Shown here piece after piece: positions 12,075-23,134 of a stretch of 27,695 nucleotides of DNA. The stretch is from NCBI GenBank assembly GCA_016748015.1, contig JAAOMT010000620.1:1-27695 (forward strand). Direction: 5' to 3'. The position numbers and the translations under genes were made by a program. Under the pieces are notes generated by a model. The model saw only the letters and a list, made by a program, of their open reading frames with translations, made no database searches and was not told the origin of the DNA. Within the stretch, counting starts at the first letter, position 1, and each line of letters opens with the position of its first letter. This DNA comes from Geosiphon pyriformis uo1. Its lineage: Eukaryota; Fungi; Glomeromycota.

Positions 12075-12463
12075 CTATGGATCCAAATTTCTATATCCCT
12101 CTAGCAGTAATCCTTAATTTTTTTCTGTTTCCTACTGACACTAACTGAGCTATTTTCACCAGAAGTAGGAATATTGTCTGTGTTATTTTTTTATTTGGAT
12201 CTATGATATATACTTTTTCTGAGTCATTTTGTAGCATAGCAATAATATTTTCTACATATTCTGCATCAATTATTTCTTCTCTGATGTTGATTCTTTTTTT
12301 CACTAGGCTATTTCTAAATACTAACTGAACTATTGTTGTTGCTAGACTTTTTAGTGCTATTTTAAGATCAATACATATATGCAAATGTGGTTCCAATTTG
12401 ATGAAATTTTTCCCCAGATATCTTAGATCAAATTTTGCATCAGTATTATGTACACATTCTGAC
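12075..12463 (-). pseudogene. dut: Trimeric-type dUTPase domain in the pol region of element A
   Basis: All five motifs are recognisable after allowing G>A/C>T: DAKFDL (DAGFDL), RNSLVKKRI (RSSLAKKGI), IIDAEYVENI (IIDxGYxGxI), KITQTIF (KIAQxIF), RGI*KFGSIG (RGxxGFGSxG). Confidence 0.88.
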
Positions 12464-12569
12464 CAAAAAAAACTAAGCTATAAATAAAACAACTTCCAAT
12501 ACAATACTGGTATTATCTGTTGGAACACAAACTAAATATCTAGAAGTTATATATTAATAAATTCAAAAG

Positions 12570-13592
12570 AATATTTAATTAAAAGATAGTACAATAGATT
12601 GAAAATTTTACAACAAAAATCTTAACTGAAATAATGATTCTATCAAAAAGTCTCTGAGTCTCATCAATAGTTTTTGTTAAAAAAAAAATAGCAAGATTAA
12701 ATTCTGTATAGATTATTACCAACTTAACAGCATAATAATTAGAAATATATATCTTCTTCTAAAAATTGACAACATATTAGATGCTCTAAGAAAAACCAAG
12801 TTCTTCTCACTTTAGACTTGAAAAATAGATATTAACAAGTTAAAATAGACTCTAAAGATTGTTAAAAACAGCATTTACTATATAAAAAAAAAACTATAAG
12901 TTTAATATTTTGCTTTTTGAACTCTGTAATACACCAGCAATATTTCAAAGACTTATAAATATTGTTTACAAAGAACTCTTATGGCAATTAATAGTTATTT
13001 ACCTTGATGATATTAATATCTATTTTTTAACTTTTAAAACTGATTTGATCTACTATAAAAAGTTTTTCAATAATTATAAAAAGTAAGATTAAAGTTAAAT
13101 ATTGAGAAATTTTACATTAGAAAAACAAGTTTAATTTTTTTTGAATATATTATTAACAAAGACAGAGTTCAATCCAATTTAGAAACAATTAATACTGTTA
13201 TAAACTTCTAAATTTTACATAATATTACCAAATTAAGAGAATTTATAGGATTAGTTTTTTATTACTGAAAATTTATTAGAGAATTCTCCAAAATTACCAA
13301 ACTGCTCAATTATCTAACCAACAAAAATATGCTGTATTAAAAGACCAATAAACAACAAAAAATGTTTGATACTTTCAAAAAAAGACTTATTACAGTCTTA
13401 ATTTTAGTCTATTTGGATTTTAATAAAAAGTTTCAGCTAACCACCAATGCTTTACACACAGTTTTTGGTACTATTCTATTATAATTGAATAACAATAACA
13501 ATAAGCAAGTAATTATATATGCCAACAAAACACTTAAGCCAACAGAACTCAAATATAGCTTAACTAAATTAGAAACAGTAGCTGTTATCTGA
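12570..13592 (+). mobile_element. Gypsy fragment B: strongly decayed RT-RNase H, interrupted by element C
   Basis: KFCIDYYQLN, NTPAIFQRL, YLDDINIY (YLDD at 13000-13011), FIGLVFYY, TTNALH and ETVAVI(W) directly before the LTR start. Confidence 0.85.
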
Positions 13593-14387
13593 TGTTACTT
13601 ATAAAAATTAGAAATTATAGTAAATAAATAAAATAGCTAATCAAAAATAGGCATATTAAAAAAAAATTTTAAGATTCTTCTTAAAAAATTACAGAATTTC
13701 AGAATTCTAAAATTTTAGAATTTTTCTTAAAAAATTTAAAAAAATTCCAGAAATTTTATATAACATAAATTATGTATATATAATAAAAATATTAAAAGCA
13801 AAAAAAGTAGTGCAGACATTCTAAAACATTTTAAAAAATAGTTTTCTATAACTTAAAATAAAATTATATTAATATCAATAAAATTATTTATTGTTATTCA
13901 ATTCATGTTATTATTACTTAATTAAAAAAATATTAAACAATTTCATACTATCAACATTCTATGTTAACAGAATCTAATATTTAACTATATTAAACCAATA
14001 GCTTTTGATTATAGCTATTAATAGAATATTAATTTCTTATTTTTTTATTTTTTTTTGTTTTGTTTCTTTGTTATTATTAATTGATTAAAAAAATTAAGTG
14101 CTGAATAATTTTAACATCAAAGATAGCTTGGTAAAAGACCTGAAAACAAGAGTAAAAAACTTAAAAATAGCTTATCAGAAGGGCATGACTGCTAAATTAA
14201 ACTGGTTACTATGCTAAAAAAAAATTTGCAGAAGCAAACCAACAATTAAATCTCTGTTTATTATATAAAAGACTTTACCAAAATCTTTAGATTATGAAAA
14301 TCTAGAAATTACCAATATTAACAATTATTAAGCACTAAGTTACAGATTTATTATTTGTTTTAACACTTCAAATAATTACTTGTAATA
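13593..14387 (+). repeat. 5' LTR of element C (795 bp)
   Basis: TGTTAC...TGTAATA termini, followed by TTTGGTGC. Direct repeat of 17055-17612. The 3' half resembles the reverse complement of LTR A. Confidence 0.88.
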
Positions 14388-14389
14388 TT

Positions 14390-14407
14390 TGGTGCTTCTT
14401 GTAAAGT
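14390..14407 (+). promoter_or_regulatory. Primer-binding site of element C (probably elongator tRNA-Met type)
   Basis: TGGTGCTTCTTGTAAAG 2 nt after the LTR. It fits the TGGTGCnnnnTGTGAGG pattern after G>A decay. The tRNA identity is inferred. Confidence 0.6.
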
Positions 14408-14419
14408 TTAATTCAACAA

Positions 14420-17015
14420 AAAACCAGCACCAATAGCAACTATTCAAATCCATATTGCTGTTAATAACAAAAACACCATTATTCAGAGTACTGTTCTAAA
14501 ATAATCAAAAAAAAGCCAAATTATTAGGAACCTATAGCAATTTAAAATCATAACCAACAATTCTATCAAGATTTCAATTATTGCTATATTAACCAAATTT
14601 CGAATTTACTAGTAATTAAGCAGACACCAATTTGGAAAAAAAAGACAATAATTAGAAAAATAAGAATTAAAACCTGATTTCAAATAACTTGAAAGTTCAA
14701 ACTTCAATTGTTCAAATTTTATTAAACTCAAACAATTTAAACTTAGTTTCTATTTTTTCAGAAAATTTATCTTCAATTATTTAGATTAATTTACTATCAG
14801 TAATACTAATTGCTAATTAGCAATAACCACAATCAAACAAAGAAACACAGAAGCAGTTATTACTTACTTGAAATGCTTTTATAGAAATCTGTACCAAATT
14901 CAAGCAATTAATGCTAACTATTTTACAATATTGCAAATTCTAAATCAATTTATTTATTGATTATACAGTAGTCTGTTACAACAAGTACACAAATATTCTT
15001 TAAGATATAATTACTCATACCAGAGATTTTAAATTGGCAAAATTTAGAGTCAATTATGCCCAAGTCATAAATTTAGTTATGAACAAATCATTTGAATTGG
15101 ATTTTAAGTTAAAACAATTTAGTAATTTGATCAACCAAAAATTAAAGGAATACTTAGTTAACAATTTAGCAATTTATTAGTCTCTACAACATCATAAAAT
15201 CAAGAAAACTCTAATTGTTTCCAGAATTAGTTATGTTTATTATTATTATTATTAAATCAACTATAACAACAGAAAACACATAATTGTTACTATTGTGGTA
15301 AACAAAAGCATCTAAAAATAGACTGTAGAACCAGATTAAATAACTAATGATTGGAAAATCAATATAAAAACCCTAATTACTGGTTTCAAACTCAGAATTA
15401 AGAACAATATTAGCATTAAACTTCATATTAACCAATAATACAGCAATCTATATATGTATTTTTTATTTATTAAATTTTAGCATTAATAATATATTAATCA
15501 TAATCACAAGTAATCTATTAATTCTAACCAATTTAAATACTATTACAAAATTTAACTCAAATGGCAACTGAAAATCATGCACATACAAAAAAACTGGAGA
15601 TCAGTGATAGTAATATACCAACTAATTTCTAGTTTATTAAACTAGTTATTAGAATTATGTCAGCAAAGTTTGAGAAATAAGTACATCTAAAATCCAAATT
15701 CTTAGAACTATTTAAGCCTTTTTGTTATATTAGAAAACAATCTATCTAACAATTTGAAAAGCCCAAAAACACCACTTATCAACAATATTTTACCAGTAAT
15801 TATCACTAAAAACAAGTTATTAGCAACCATATTTCTTTTGAATTAAAAAAATTAACAATAATATCTCTATTCAATAAAGTTACTCTCAATGCCAAACTCA
15901 TTATAGCCATATATATGAATGCCAAAATTGATAGCCAATTTATCAAGCTAATTTTTAATAGCAAGTTAGCAAGCAGCATTATTATATAACAACTCATAAA
16001 CCAAGTAGGTTGCTAAATTGATTACACTATTAGTGCCAAAATTATTATAGCTAATAGAGTGATCAAGACTTTTATTGGCAAAATTAATGACTTTTTTTTT
16101 AAAGTCAATAGCATTATTACACTCATCAAAATACTTGTGATAAAGCCACATAATACTAAGCTTTTATTAGTAATGATTGGCTGTTCAAGACTAATATTAT
16201 GCTTAATTAAAATATACAGAAGCTACAGCTCAATAAAAATAATCAACATATTTGGGTACCAATTACCTGCAGTTACTTTAAAACAAACCAATCATAATTA
16301 CTAATAGAATTTGAAAAAAAAATAAACAAACCTATCTAAAAAGCCTATGTAGTCTTGTAAAAATAACTATAACAAGCTACTATCAATACTTTTTTAAGAT
16401 AATAAAAGAAAAGAAAAAAAAAGGAACAAATCACAAAACATTACCACCAAAAAAACAGTCAACAGTTGGCATAAATTATTTTTATTTCAAATTTAAATAT
16501 CTTTGTTAATATCTTGAATAATCTAAAACAATTCTACGAACACTATCAAGATTTAGCACTTACTAGAAAAAAACAAAAGCATTATTTAGATTCTGTGAGC
16601 ATTGCCTAATTCTATGTTATTTTAGATATTGCAATAACTATAATGTTGTTTACAATTTACTATTGCATATAATCTATTTAATTTTTAAAGTAAAAAAACT
16701 AATCAATAAATGTATTTTAAAATTAGAATCAAAATTTAATTTTAATTTTAATTTAGACTTTAATAATAACAACAATAATAGTTTTAACTTTATTTACAAT
16801 AGCAACAACAGTAATAACAATTTAAACTTTGATTACAATCTTAAACAATATATTATGTTCTCAGATTTTTCAAAAAAACAAGAACTTTAATAATTTAGTA
16901 ATAATAATGAAAGTATTATAAACATGTACATAATACTGAGACAAGATTTGATCTTAAGTATTTAAAAAAACTGTCATTAAATTGGAACTTTATTTACACA
17001 CCAGTATAGAATTAG
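14420..17015 (+). pseudogene. gag-protease-(Cys cluster)-dUTPase N-terminus relic of element C
   Basis: TIKQRNTEAVITYL (capsid). CYYCGKQKHLKIDC at 15285-15326. IKLIFNSKLASSII (decayed LILDSG). CEHCLILCYFRYC at 16594. HNTETRFDLKY matches the dUTPase start of element A. Confidence 0.78.
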
Positions 17016-17054
17016 AAGATTTTGATGGAGCTTAATATTAAAAAGAAAAAATAA

Positions 17055-17612
17055 TATTACTCAAGAAATTAAAAAATATAATAAGTAGATAAAATAGCCA
17101 ATTAGAAATAAGCATAGTAAAAAAAATTCTAGGATTCTTTTCAAAGAATTATAGAACTCCAAAATTCTAGAATTTCAGAATTTTTCTTAAAGAAATTAAA
17201 AAAATTCCAAAAATCTTGTATAACATAAATTATGTATATATAGTGAGAGTATTAAAAACAGAAAAAAGTAGTACAGACACTTCAGAACATTTTAAAAGAT
17301 AGTTTTCTATAACTTATAGTAATATTATATTAGTATTAATAAAATTATTCATTGTTATCCAATCCATATTATTATTACTTAATTAAAAAAATATTAAAGA
17401 ATTCCATACTATTAACACTCTATATTAACAGAATCTAATACTTAACTATACTGGATCAATAGTTCTTGATTATAACTATTAATAAAATACAAATTTTTTA
17501 TTTTTTTTTTTATTTTTTTTTATTTTTTTTATTTTTCTTTTGTTTTATTTTTTTGTTGTTATTAATTGATTAAAAGAATTATGTGCTGAATAATTTTGAT
17601 GTCAAAGATAGT
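17055..17612 (+). repeat. Truncated 3' LTR of element C
   Basis: TATTAC after a decayed PPT (AAAAAGAAAAAATAA). Colinear with 13593-~14126, then similarity stops. Confidence 0.85.
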
Positions 17613-18080
17613 TAACTAGAAGAAATCAAATATAAAAGTGTTTAGTGAATTAAAAAAGTTTTTAATTAAATTATAAAATCAGATAAAATTTACAAAAAAT
17701 AGTAAATTTCAGATTTTTTTGAGATAATTTTAAAAATTTTTAAATGAATGTTTTTATTCAGTTGTAATAATTTTTATAAATTTAAATATTTTTTGATGAG
17801 TAAAATTTTTCAGTTATTCTAAAATAATAGTTTAAAAATACTAAATTAAATAAGTTTTTATTTCAAATAAATAATTTTTTTTATGGATATTTAAATAGTT
17901 TAAAATTAATAATCATTTCATATTTAAAAATAGAGTAAATAAATTAAATAATATGTTTTAAATTCTCTTAACTAATCAAACCATATATAATATTTTTTGT
18001 AAATAAACAATTTTTCATTTAAATTATTCATCTGTTTTAAACTATTTAATAGTTAAATATCAATAAAAAACAATTAATAT

Positions 18081-18782
18081 TGTTATGATTGAAACTCATA
18101 GTTTTTATTAGTTATCACATGTATTAGCCACTGATGTCACATAATTAGCCACTCTATTTTTAGATAGTGATCGATGATCTGATCATTGACCTGATCATTG
18201 ATCTGATCATTGATCTAATTATTAACCTAGTCGTTGATCTGATCATTGACCACTTTTGATAGCTATATAAATAATGAATCTCTTAGCTGTAGAAAAGTAT
18301 GTAATAACAAACATTTGAATAATCAAGAATAAATAAAATAACAACTTTCATCTTAATCCTTCTCTTATTGCTAATTTCCCTTTTCTTATCTTCAAGAATC
18401 TAAACATCTTAAAGATAAAAGATTGCTTGTTGGCCTTTTTCCTGATGTATATAATTGTAGCATTTAAAAATTATTTGAATAAACATGATTAAAAAGCACA
18501 AGTTGATACCTGATATTAAATTTTAAGAGTGCTGACGTGAGGCATAGAATTATACTAAGTGTGATCATTTGTTGACAGTATAGACTATCCCTCTACCTTC
18601 AGATTCCCCAGTTACCTTTGAAAAGTATAGTGACTGAGATATTTTATAAGACTGATCTCACATATTGAATCCATACACATTCAATTTACTCTTTGAAATT
18701 GAATTCCCTTTTGATTATTTCTATTACCCTACAATTTTGTTCTCTCTTACTATCTGTTAGCTTGTTACTCCAATTCATAACA
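18081..18782 (+). repeat. 5' LTR of element D
   Basis: TGTTATG...CATAACA termini. Ungapped match to 25116-25817. TATATAAA at ~18264. Confidence 0.96.
18168..18251 (+). repeat. U3 array of seven 12-bp units, consensus TGATCATTGACC (also at 25203-25286)
   Basis: Direct reading. Palindromic TGATCA core, ending ~12 nt before the TATA box. Confidence 0.9.
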
Positions 18783-18788
18783 TAAAAG

Positions 18789-18805
18789 TAGTGCTCCCTG
18801 TGAAG
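18789..18805 (+). promoter_or_regulatory. Primer-binding site of element D (probably elongator tRNA-Met type)
   Basis: TAGTGCTCCCTGTGAAG, read as TGGTGCTCCCTGTGAGG with two G>A changes. Resembles the PBS of C. It lies 6 nt after the LTR. Confidence 0.55.
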
Positions 18806-18834
18806 TTGTCAAAATTCACTTATTTCCTTATTGT

Positions 18835-20388
18835 ATGGGTAATTACTTATATCTGCCACAGCAATCAAAAGAACACTTTACAACATACAACAGAAACAAC
18901 CTAGATTTTATTAAACTTAATCCCCTGCCCTTCTGCTTGATCTGCTTCTCTATTGAAGAACAATCCAGTAGACAATTCCAAGACTTTTGGAACTGGTTCC
19001 TGAATGAGCATTCAGCTAAAATCTACATATTCTATACAACCTATTACTTTGATCAAGCTTATTTTGAAGACAACTTTGAAGAAAAAAATAACAACATTAA
19101 TCAGCTTTTATATTCCACAACTTTCACACAACAGCCCTCTGATTTCAAATATCTGAACCATCAAATCCACATTTGGACTGCTGCTTATCAATCAGCTGTA
19201 ACTCTTCTTGAAACAGAAGAAAAAAGCTACCAAACCACTTCTGTTTTTGATCTCTTCTCAAGCGATTCAGATCATTTCACACAAACAGTTACTCCAGAAC
19301 CAATGGCTGTTGACCCCATGCAAGCAAACATTCTGGCCGCCCTCCAAGGTATACAAACTGCTCTAGGGCAAAGAAACAACACACCACTACCACTATTCAG
19401 AGGTGATGCACAAGATCCAATTGAATGGTTGAATGACTTTGAAAGAGCTGTCACAGCTAATCAATATGATGAAAAATACAAATTCCAAATTGTTAGTGGT
19501 TACCTTCAAGGCTCTCCTGCTACCTGGTTCTTACAAGAAACAGATGCCAATGTCCAAGAAAGAATTGTTAGATGGACACCAGCAAATGCAGGAGAAATCA
19601 ACACTTCTTTCACTACCCAGTTTGAAAACAAGTTCAGAACCCCAATCTTAATATCCAAATAGCATATAGAATTAGAAAGAAGAACCCAAGACCCTGGTAA
19701 AGTTGTGACTGAATATGCCAAAGCAATCAGAAAATTAATCAAGCATGTAGATTCTAGAAGAAACTAGACAGAAGAGCAAAAAATTCATTCCTTTACAAAA
19801 GGATTGAGAACTGACTTATCTTATGCTCTTTGGTCTCTCTTAGCTTTAAAAGATAACTCAATAATGGATATGACCATTGAATTAGCCCAAAGAATTGAAG
19901 ACAACCAGTAGATGTATTTGGGATTCACATTTCCAGTTTTTGCTTCTGCTCTTATTATGGCTCCTGCTCTTCAAATGGCTGCTACCTCTTTTGCTGCTTA
20001 TACTCAAGATCCAAATAAACAATTAATAGACAGACTTACAGCAAACCTTGCCTGGTTACTAGAACCTTTAGCTCAAGCAGTCAGAGAAAATCAACAGTTC
20101 CAAAGACCAAGATTTGAATCATGTTTTAATCAGTCCTAACAGCTCCTTTATCAAAGACAACAAAATCGTGGCCCACCTGTGTGCTATCGCTGTGGATTAA
20201 CTGGACACTTTTCAAGAAATTGTAACAATCCTCCATTGCCTCCACCAGTTCCCAGAAAAAATGATGCTCAGAACAACAGACCCAACAACAACAATATCCC
20301 CAACCAAAGGCCCAATCATGTCAACATCAATTTTTTTGGAGAGGATCCCCTGGTTGAAGCCACTGTTTATCAGTTTTTAAACTGGTAG
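18835..20388 (+). pseudogene. gag: gag of element D
   Basis: One frame (18835, 19912, 20179) with point stops. PLFRGDAQDPIEWLNDFE capsid start, RTQDPGKVVTEYAKAI and CYRCGLTGHFSRNC knuckle. Confidence 0.92.
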
Positions 20389-20418
20389 GCGCACCTCCAA
20401 AGAGTGAGAGTGCAAGCC
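20376..20418 (+). promoter_or_regulatory. Programmed -1 ribosomal frameshift signal (U UUA AAC + downstream stem-loop)
   Basis: In-phase TTTAAAC at 20376-20382, just before the gag stop. The -1 frame is the PR-RT-RH frame. GGC-GCAC-CTC...GAG...GTGC..GCC can pair 5 nt downstream. Confidence 0.8.
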
Positions 20419-23069
20419 AACCAGAAAAAAACCCCTTTTATATCTTTAACCTAACTGATGATGACCACAACATAGATGAATTAGCAATCAACCCTTCTGA
20501 ATCCACAAGAAAGAAGAAGAAAGCCAAGGTTAATTTTATTTTGAACCCCAATAAAGCTTCCACATCAACTGCTGATAACAATGAGCCACCAAAAGCCAAA
20601 ATTTTCAAGAATCCTCCAAAGTTGGAACCTTCAGAAATAATACAAAAATCTGGCCCCTATTCTGTTGTTAAAGATCTCATAGAAACTTCTGTCTATATTA
20701 CCTTTGGCCAGTTAATGACTCATCTTCAATTCAGAAAAGATTTCTGTAAATCTTTAATCCCAAAGAAGAAGACACCCAAAACCAACAAGTGCTCATAACA
20801 AGCTAGACTTGCTGACAATAGCAATGTCACCCCTCTCATTTGCAAAACCCAAGTGGCTGGCTACTTTATTGACTTGATCTTAGACAGTGGATCATCTGTT
20901 AGTGTTATTGCCAAACATTTCCTTGAAGCAATTGGCAGAAAAATTGATGAACCATCTACATGACCAATAACTAATGTGCATGGTGATAAGAAAAAAAGTC
21001 TGGGCATAGCCAAAGCTATTCCTGTCTGCATCAATGGCATCAGCATTAAAACTGACATGAAAGTATCTGAAGCAAAAGAATACACCATCATTGTTGACAA
21101 TGAATGGCTCAAGAAAACAAAAACCTTACTTGATTATGAACTTTGTGAGCTAACCATCAGATGTGGTGAAAAACCCATTGTGGTTAAGTGTCACCATTGA
21201 ACAACTTCCCCGGTACCCAAGCAAAACCAAGAAGAAGAACAATTAGAGGAATCAGATGATAAAAAAAGTAATAAAGAAGAAGATCAAGAAAAACAAGAAG
21301 AAACTGCCGAACTTGCTTATACTATCTTTACCAGCAATGGCAAGCCACTGGACAATGTCAAAGCAGATAAAAAAGAAATTATTGTAAATGGCAAGCTGAT
21401 CTGCTGGTCATATTATGACATGCTTAGAAGAATCTTTGACAAAAAGCCTGACAAGAAAGCAAAATACAGTTATTGGTGGCATGGTTCTTGTGCCCAGTGC
21501 TGGTGTGACAAACCATTGTATTTTCCTAGTGATAAATGTATGTTCTGCCTGATCTATTACAAAGATTGGGAACCAATCAGTTTGATACTCTGCAAAGAAA
21601 TAAAAAAAGTCCAAAAATCTTTTGAGAATGAACCACCTGAAATCCAATTACTAGTTATAGAACAAAGAGAACTCTCCTTAAAAGAAAAAAAGATAAACAT
21701 TGAAAACCTGCTGGCTAGGAATAGCCCAGTTATATCTAAAGAAGGTAAACCTCCTGAATGTACACATGTGATACAACACACCATCATCATTAGAGAAACC
21801 TGTCCCATCCATCTGAAGCTCTATTAATCCAATTATCGCAATGATGAATTCATCAATAAAGAAATAAACCAAATAAAAAACCTTGTATTCATACAAAAAA
21901 CCAAGAGTAAATGGGCATTCCCAGTTGTAGTAGTATCCAAGAAAGGAGGAACCTTATGCTTTTGTGTTGACTACTACCAATTAAATGCCATCACTGAAAG
22001 AGACATGTACCCACTTCTCAAAATTGATGCAATGCTAAATCAATTCTATGGTGCTGCTTTCTTCTCAACCATTAACTTAACTGCTAGATTCTGGCAAGTA
22101 GAGATGGATCCAGAAAGCAGAAAGAAAACCACTTTTATCACCAAGTATAACACCTACAAATTCACAGTTATGCCTTTTGGTCTTACAAATGCTTCTCCTA
22201 CCTTTCAGCACTTAATAGATAAAGTATTTGAATCAGTAAAAAAAAACTTTGTTCTAGTCTATTTGGACGACATAATAGTATACTCAAAAACATGGGATGA
22301 ATACCTTGAACACTTACAAAAGATTTTTGATCTCCTCAGAAATGCTGGTCTCAAGATCAATCTAATCAAATCTTTCTTTGGACATCAATCCACTCAGTTC
22401 CTTGGTTATCTTATCACAAAAGATGGAATCTTCTCTGATTCAGCCAAAGTTAAAAAAGTCCAGAACATCAGACAACCAATGAATATCCATGAACTATGCT
22501 TTTTCCTTGGTTTGGTCTCTTACTATTGCAAATTTGTCAAGGATCTCTTCAAAATTGCCGCTCCTTTTAATCAGCTACTCAGGAAAAATGTCAATTATCA
22601 CTAGGGCACTCATCAACAAAAAGCTTTTGAAATTCTGAAGAAAAAACTGGTTACAGAACTCATTCTTATGCAATCTAATCTAGATCAACTGTTTATCCTC
22701 CACACTGATACATCTGGCTATGGACTTGGTGCTGTCCTTTCCCAGAAAGATAAAGATGGCAGAAAACATATCATAGCATATGCCAGTAGAACCCTCACAT
22801 CAGCAGAACAAAACTACTTAGTTACTGAGCAAGAATGCTTAGCAGTAGTTTGGGCTACTAGCTACTGGGACAAATATCTTAAAGGTGTAACATTTTTGGT
22901 GGTAACAGATCACCAAGCTTTGGTTTAGCTATGCAACAAAAGGAATCTGGAACATAAATGAACAACTCGCTGGATACTCCACTTGGATGAATTCGATTAT
23001 GACATTCAACACCACAAAGGAGCTAATCATCAAAATGCTGATGCTCTTTCTAGACTTACCATCCAGTGA
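20379..23069 (+). pseudogene. pol: Protease-RT-RNase H ORF of element D
   Basis: Single frame throughout. LILDSGSS, FCVDYYQLN, MPFGLTNASPTFQ, YLDD, HTDTSGYGLGAVLSQ and NADALSRLTIQ, followed by TGA TAG. Confidence 0.94.
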
Positions 23070-23134
23070 TAGTACAACTTTCTCAAACCAAACCAACTTA
23101 ATTATTTGTAACTCTCCCACAAACAAACACGATA

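Larger units (their letters stand above)
7278..12463 (-). mobile_element. Ty3/gypsy LTR retrotransposon A, 5'-truncated (dUTPase-RT-RH, integrase, accessory ORF, PPT, 3' LTR)
   Basis: RT-RH-IN order is the gypsy arrangement. PPT and LTR are present. Gag, protease and the 5' LTR are absent. Confidence 0.93.
13593..17612 (+). mobile_element. Gypsy element C: 5' LTR-PBS-gag-PR-start of dUTPase, then deletion to PPT-partial 3' LTR
   Basis: Two homologous LTRs, a CCHC knuckle and a protease relic. No RT, RH or IN. Confidence 0.85.

Noticed and set aside
15585-15645. Frameshift site in element C (AAAAAAC at ~15588)
   Set aside because: The sequence is too decayed to establish frames, and A-runs arise readily from G>A mutation.
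16663-16890. Independent Asn-rich (prion-like) gene
   Set aside because: It is in frame with the decayed polyprotein of C, and the Asn richness is probably inflated by G>A changes of Asp/Ser codons.
7278-17612. A and C as two halves of one element split by an inversion
   Set aside because: Each has its own PPT and 3' LTR, their U3 regions differ, and their dUTPase parts overlap and are diverged.
18168-18251. CRISPR-like array (also 7871-8051)
   Set aside because: The units are directly tandem without unique spacers, lie inside LTRs, and the context is eukaryotic with no cas genes.
20365-20402. 38-nt GT-AG intron fusing gag and pol
   Set aside because: Very short with a weak donor (GTTTAT). 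An in-phase slippery heptamer plus hairpin explains the frame change better, though splicing is not formally excluded.
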